Shown in pieces: positions 24,767 to 29,388 of a stretch of 29,388 nucleotides of DNA (its first letter is position 1; each line of letters starts with the position of its first letter). Source of the DNA: a virus. Taxonomy: Duplodnaviria; Caudoviricetes. The position numbers were made by a program, and so were the translations under genes. Location of the stretch: IMG/VR virus record IMGVR_UViG_3300025890_000097, positions 1 through 29,388 of that record; one strand, written 5' to 3'. The notes beneath the pieces were generated by a model. That model searched no databases. It was not told the DNA's origin and saw nothing but the letters and a program-made list of their open reading frames with translations.

Positions 24767-24792
24767 TAATGTAAACTTACTGGAGGTTGCTT

Positions 24793-25014
24793 ATGAAAGG
24801 TAAATGTGGCAGTAAAAAATCCATCATTTATTCAGACAATCCAAAGATGGATACTAGCGGAATGGCTAGTGAAATGACTATAGAGATGATGCAATCAGGT
24901 GGGCCTATTGAAGTAAAAGATATGGGCGCAGTTGTAAAGTATGGATCAGGTGGTAAAGTATATACAAACAAAAATGATAAAGATACCGAAGAAGACATGA
25001 AGGACATGGTATAA
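24793..25014 (+). CDS. Small hypothetical protein preceding portal
   Basis: GGAGG-N6-ATG. Confidence 0.7.
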   Translation: MKGKCGSKKSIIYSDNPKMDTSGMASEMTIEMMQSGGPIEVKDMGAVVKYGSGGKVYTNKNDKDTEEDMKDMV

Positions 25015-25015
25015 T

Positions 25016-27049
25016 ATGGTATTACAAGTTGTAGGCAACGAAGAGTTAGTTAGACAAGAAGAAGCTCTTCTTAAAAAACAAATTCAGGAGAGGCAGAATC
25101 AGCCTCTTATCCTAGGACTTAGTGACCACCTACGAACTTGTTGGGACGCAGCAAGGCAGGCAAAGAAACCTATCGAGAATATTATGCTTAAAGCACTCCG
25201 TCAAAGAAACGGAGAATATGAATCAGATAAGTTAGCTCACATTAGTGCTCAAGGTGGGTCTGATGTTTTTATGATGATTACAGAAGTAAAGTGTCGTGCA
25301 GCAGAAAGTTGGTTGCGTGATATACTTCTTGATCAAGGTTCACCTCCTTGGGGGTTAGAGCCTACACCTATCCCAGAGTTATCTCCACAGCAGACTTCAG
25401 AGATAGAGACTTCGTTTGCTGAGCAAGTTGTAAAGATTGTTGAGATGAACGGGCAAGCACCTACTCAAGAGGAGATGATAGAATTAAAAGAGATGGTAAC
25501 ACAAGATTACCGTTTTAAGTTGTTGCAAGGCGCAGACAACAGAGCCAAGAAGATGACTATAAAAATTAAAGATCAGTTCGCACAAGGCGGCTGGGGTGAA
25601 TCGTTTAACGAGTTTGTTACAGATTTGGTTACATACCCATGTGGTTTTATCAAAGGCCCCGTGGTTCGTAGGCAAAGAAAACTTGGTTGGAAATATGAGA
25701 ATGGTAGAACTACTGTAGAAGCAGATGAGATTATTGCTCCGGAGTTTGAGCGTGTTGATCCATTTAGAATATATCCTGAACCGGGTTTAACTAATCTAAA
25801 TGATGGTTATTTGTTTCAGCATCATCCGTTAAGTCGTTCAGAACTCGCAGACCTTATAGGTGTTCCGGGTTATGATGAAGACGCTATCAGGGAAATTCTT
25901 GATATAGGAAGTGGTACATCTTGGTTTAGTGAAGATGTAGAACTTACTAAAGAGAATGAAGAAAGAAAGTTTCATACTTTTAACAAACCTACTACAACAT
26001 ACGATGCCTTAGAGTTTTGGGGTAAAGTAAGTGGTAAGATGTTAAAAGAGTGGGGGCTTACTGAAGAAGAGATACCTGATGAAGCGCAGGAATATGATGC
26101 TAACGTTTGGGCCGTAGGTAACTACATCATTAAAGCAGTATTAAATTACGACCCGTTAGGAGAAAAACCATATGCTAAAACTTCATTTATTAAATGCCCC
26201 GGCGCGTTTTGGGGTAAAGGTATACCAGAAATTATTGAAGACTTGCAAAACATTTGTAATGCGGCTGCGAGAGCTTTGGTCAACAATATGGGAATATCGA
26301 GTGGCCCACAAGTCGAGGTTAATCTCGAAAGAATCCCTCCAAACGAAGACATCACGCAGCTCCACCCGTGGAAAATCTGGCAAGTCACGAACGACCCGTT
26401 AGGTTCTAGTGCACCTGCTGTTAGGTTTACACAACCGGATGACAATGCGAATACACTATTAGGTGTTTATGACAAATTCTCCAAGCTAGCTGACGATCAT
26501 TCAGGTATACCATCGTATGTTTATGGTGACTTGAATGTTCAAGGCGCTGGCAGAACATCCTCTGGCTTGTCTATGTTAATGGGCGCAGCTGGTAAAGGCA
26601 TACGTCAAGTAGTTATGCACATAGATAATGAGATCATTAAACCTGTTGTATATAGACAGTTTGTTTATAATATGAGGTATGATGAGGATGAATCAATTAA
26701 AGGCGATGTAAACATTGTACCAAAAGGTGCAGTTAATCTTGCAGTTAAAGAAACTGTAAATGTTCGCCGTATAGAGTTTCTTAATGCAACCGCCAACGAA
26801 GTCGATATGGAAATAGTTGGTAAGGAAGGCCGTGCCGCGATTCTTCGCGAGATAGCTAAAGGTTTGCAAATGCCTGTGGATGACATTGTTCCATCTAGGG
26901 AAAAAGAGAAGTTCCAAGATAAAGTGAAGGCACAAATGCAAGCGATGCAAGAATCGCAGCAACCAACACCGACTCAACCGGACGGCTCCCCTAAAGGAGG
27001 AATGGATGGCAACACAGTTAGTAACCGAGATACTGGAGGTGCTGGATGA
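25016..27049 (+). CDS. Portal protein
   Basis: 677 aa between terL and scaffold/capsid; FERVDPFRIYP, FWGKGIPE, HSGIP, RTSSGLSMLM and Gln-rich C-terminus as in podoviral portals. Confidence 0.85.
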   Translation: MVLQVVGNEELVRQEEALLKKQIQERQNQPLILGLSDHLRTCWDAARQAKKPIENIMLKALRQRNGEYESDKLAHISAQGGSDVFMMITEVKCRAAESWLRDILLDQGSPPWGLEPTPIPELSPQQTSEIETSFAEQVVKIVEMNGQAPTQEEMIELKEMVTQDYRFKLLQGADNRAKKMTIKIKDQFAQGGWGESFNEFVTDLVTYPCGFIKGPVVRRQRKLGWKYENGRTTVEADEIIAPEFERVDPFRIYPEPGLTNLNDGYLFQHHPLSRSELADLIGVPGYDEDAIREILDIGSGTSWFSEDVELTKENEERKFHTFNKPTTTYDALEFWGKVSGKMLKEWGLTEEEIPDEAQEYDANVWAVGNYIIKAVLNYDPLGEKPYAKTSFIKCPGAFWGKGIPEIIEDLQNICNAAARALVNNMGISSGPQVEVNLERIPPNEDITQLHPWKIWQVTNDPLGSSAPAVRFTQPDDNANTLLGVYDKFSKLADDHSGIPSYVYGDLNVQGAGRTSSGLSMLMGAAGKGIRQVVMHIDNEIIKPVVYRQFVYNMRYDEDESIKGDVNIVPKGAVNLAVKETVNVRRIEFLNATANEVDMEIVGKEGRAAILREIAKGLQMPVDDIVPSREKEKFQDKVKAQMQAMQESQQPTPTQPDGSPKGGMDGNTVSNRDTGGAG

Positions 27050-27267
27050 TTAATCCAAAGCCAGAGGTTATTAAATCGTTAGCGACAGTGTGTCGTTCAT
27101 ATCCCGAGATCGTAGAGTGGTTGAAGGAGTGGCGTGATCACGAGTTATCGAAGCTACCAAGTGTCTTACAAAACACAGCGCTTGCACAGGGGCGGTGTCA
27201 GGTTTTGTCAGAAGTAACGAAAGTTATAGAACAGTCCCCTGAAACTATTTCAGCAAAGTCACAATGA
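27046..27267 (+). CDS. Small conserved protein after portal
   Basis: ATGA overlap; AQGRCQVL motif typical of small post-portal genes. Confidence 0.7.
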   Translation: MINPKPEVIKSLATVCRSYPEIVEWLKEWRDHELSKLPSVLQNTALAQGRCQVLSEVTKVIEQSPETISAKSQ

Positions 27268-27301
27268 CAGCTGTTAATCACGCACACCGATAGGAGCGAT
27301 T

Positions 27302-28315
27302 ATGTCAATACCAAAGCAAGTTCAAAAGCAATCAGAGGAAGTACAAGAGTTGTATAAACAAATTAACGGAACAACAGAAGAAACACAGGCAGTATCTGCC
27401 GAGGTCTCTAATGATGCGCCTGTTAATAATGTAGAAGAGCCTACAACTTCCGACAGTGTAACGGAACAAGCACCTCAGTCTGAGCCAGAAGAGCAAATGG
27501 AGTCAGGCGACCAAGAACCGAAACAAGCAGACTGGCAACAGAAATACAAATCGTTGCAAGGGATGTATAATGCTGATGTTCCCCGTTTAACTTCGGAGAA
27601 CAGAGACCTTAACTCCCGAGTTTCTCAACTAGAAAACTTACTCAGTACAGTTGATAAAGCAGCTACTCAACAATCATCAGTTCCATCTGAAAAATTAATT
27701 ACAGAGGATGATGAAAAAGAGTACGGCGAATCAATAGCTGTTATGAGAAAGGCAGCTCGTGAAGAAGTTTCACAGGAGATTGCACAGTTGAGACAACAAC
27801 TTGGACAAATTCAAAGTGTTGTACCGCAAGTTCATCAGGTACAAGCACAACAGAATAAGTCTAACGAGCAAACTTTTTGGAATGCTATTGCTAACGAAGT
27901 ACCAAATTGGAGTGATACTAATAACGATCCAGACTTTCAGTCTTGGTTGTTAGAGATTGACCCCCTAACTGGTATTAATCGCCAAACGTATTTAGAAGAC
28001 GCACAGCGAAATCTAGATGCAAATAGGGTAGTCAGCTTTTTTAGAACATGGGAAGGGGCAAATGGTAGGACAAGCACTGCTCAAGTTGACCGTTCAAATC
28101 AACAATCTCAGTTACAGAAACAAGTTGCTCCGGGACGAAGCCGGAACAATGGAGTAAGAACTTCTGGACAGAACCAGACATATACTCAAGAAGACATCAA
28201 AGAGTTTTACTCTGATGTTAGAAAGGGTAAATTTAAAGGAAGAGATGATGAGCGCGGTCGAGTCGAACGCGATATTTTTGCTGCACAGCAAGAAGGTCGT
28301 ATTAACGTTGCGTAA
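27302..28315 (+). CDS. Probable capsid scaffolding protein
   Basis: Acidic disordered N-terminus, WQQKYKSLQGMY coiled coil, C-terminal IFAAQQEGRI; directly before the capsid gene. Confidence 0.7.
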   Translation: MSIPKQVQKQSEEVQELYKQINGTTEETQAVSAEVSNDAPVNNVEEPTTSDSVTEQAPQSEPEEQMESGDQEPKQADWQQKYKSLQGMYNADVPRLTSENRDLNSRVSQLENLLSTVDKAATQQSSVPSEKLITEDDEKEYGESIAVMRKAAREEVSQEIAQLRQQLGQIQSVVPQVHQVQAQQNKSNEQTFWNAIANEVPNWSDTNNDPDFQSWLLEIDPLTGINRQTYLEDAQRNLDANRVVSFFRTWEGANGRTSTAQVDRSNQQSQLQKQVAPGRSRNNGVRTSGQNQTYTQEDIKEFYSDVRKGKFKGRDDERGRVERDIFAAQQEGRINVA

Positions 28316-28340
28316 TTAACTTAACTAGAAGGAGGTCATT

Positions 28341-29246
28341 ATGGCTTTTGCAACATCCCCCGGCGGCCCAGCTTACACAGGAAATTTCATTCCTGAAATC
28401 TGGTCGGGAAAACTAATTGAGAATTTCTACGATGCCACAGTGCTCGCAGCAATCTCAAATACTGACTATGAAGGTGAAATCAAAAATATGGGTGATACGG
28501 TTAATATCCGAACCACTCCTGAGATCACTATCCAAACCTATGTCAAGGGTCAAACTCTATCCGTAGAGAATCCTGACAAGGCTAAACTACAACTCGTTAT
28601 TGACAAGGGTGAGTACTTTGCTTGTGTTGAAGACGATGTTGACCAAGTACAGACAGACATGAATCTAATGGACATGTGGTCTAAAGACGCTTCCGAGCGT
28701 ATGAAGATCAAAATTGACCAAAGGGTTTTGGCTGATGTATTGACTGGTGTATCTGCAAACAACAAAGGAACAGGAGCTGGAGCAATCTCTGGTGATATCG
28801 ACCTTGGTGTAGCAGGTGCTCCTGAAGCGCTTACCACTACAAATGTAATTGGTAAAATCATCGACATGGGAACAGTCCTTGATGAAGCTAACTGTCCTGA
28901 GCAGAATCGTTTTATTGTGATTCCTGCTAAGATGGCTGGTCTAATCAAGCAATCAGACCTTAAAGATGCGTCTATCACTGGTGATGGAAACACACCATTG
29001 AGAAACGGCAGACTTGGTATGATTGACCGTTTCACTGTTTATGTTTCTCACAATCTTGTAAAAAGCGGTAGTGAGTTTAGCGTACTTGGTGGACATTCAA
29101 TGGGATTCACATTTGCATCACAGATGACAAATATGGAAACTATTCGTTCTGAAACAACCTTTGGAAACATCATTCGTGGTCTTCAAGTTTACGGCTATCA
29201 AGTCGTTAAGCCTGAAGCTCTTGCCACAATGATTGTAACCTTGTAA
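28341..29246 (+). CDS. Major capsid protein (P22-coat-like, HK97 fold)
   Basis: FIPEIWSGKL, NTDYEGEI..GDTVNI and RGLQVYG..VVKPEAL; strong AAGGAGGT RBS. Confidence 0.88.
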   Translation: MAFATSPGGPAYTGNFIPEIWSGKLIENFYDATVLAAISNTDYEGEIKNMGDTVNIRTTPEITIQTYVKGQTLSVENPDKAKLQLVIDKGEYFACVEDDVDQVQTDMNLMDMWSKDASERMKIKIDQRVLADVLTGVSANNKGTGAGAISGDIDLGVAGAPEALTTTNVIGKIIDMGTVLDEANCPEQNRFIVIPAKMAGLIKQSDLKDASITGDGNTPLRNGRLGMIDRFTVYVSHNLVKSGSEFSVLGGHSMGFTFASQMTNMETIRSETTFGNIIRGLQVYGYQVVKPEALATMIVTL

Positions 29247-29258
29247 TAGGAGGCAAAC

Positions 29259-29388
29259 ATGGCTGCATACACAGACACGCACGGCTATCTTAAAGGTTCT
29301 GCGGCACACCCTGCCAAAGGCATTAATAAAGTCGGGCTAATGGAAGTCGAACTAGACTTCGCTAAGATCACAGCGGCTAGAGTTACAG
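29259..29388 (+). CDS. Structural protein after capsid (3'-truncated)
   Basis: AGGAGG RBS; MAAYTDTHGYLKGSAAHPAKG... open to the window end. Confidence 0.65.
   Translation, partial: MAAYTDTHGYLKGSAAHPAKGINKVGLMEVELDFAKITAARVT

Noticed and set aside
6396-29309. Numerous 60-160 aa ORFs antisense to or nested in the main genes (e.g. 6396-6752, 15324-15758, 28550-29035)
   Set aside because: Shadow frames of well-supported genes, without RBS or recognisable motifs.

Overview
About 29 kb of a dsDNA tailed-phage genome, probably podovirus-like, with two divergent arms. The rightward late arm starts at 22500 (probable terS, Zn-finger ORF, terL, portal, scaffold, major capsid) and reappears at the window start as the 3' part of a very large virion/ejection-type protein (<1-3596). 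The leftward early/replication arm (22200 down to ~3850) encodes small early genes, a MoxR-like AAA+/DUF3150-like/vWA-metallopeptidase block, an HslV-like Ntn peptidase, family A DNA polymerase (Leu762 type), a Cas4/RecB-like exonuclease, VRR-NUC, an SNF2-like helicase, two putative ssDNA-binding proteins, an HTH protein and a primase-DUF927 helicase. No integrase, tRNA or CRISPR array was seen. Most interesting signals: (1) a GAGGTAAC motif at seven early-gene starts, with complementary copies in a short terminator-ended non-coding segment after terL (candidate antisense switch RNA); (2) two paralogous first genes behind matching promoters; (3) cassette-like UUCG-hairpin intergenic repeats; (4) depletion of CCWGA/TCWGG in the early arm only; (5) a possible CUU-UAA +1 frameshift extension of the primase. 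Family names come from motif recognition by eye and counts are manual; no searches were run.
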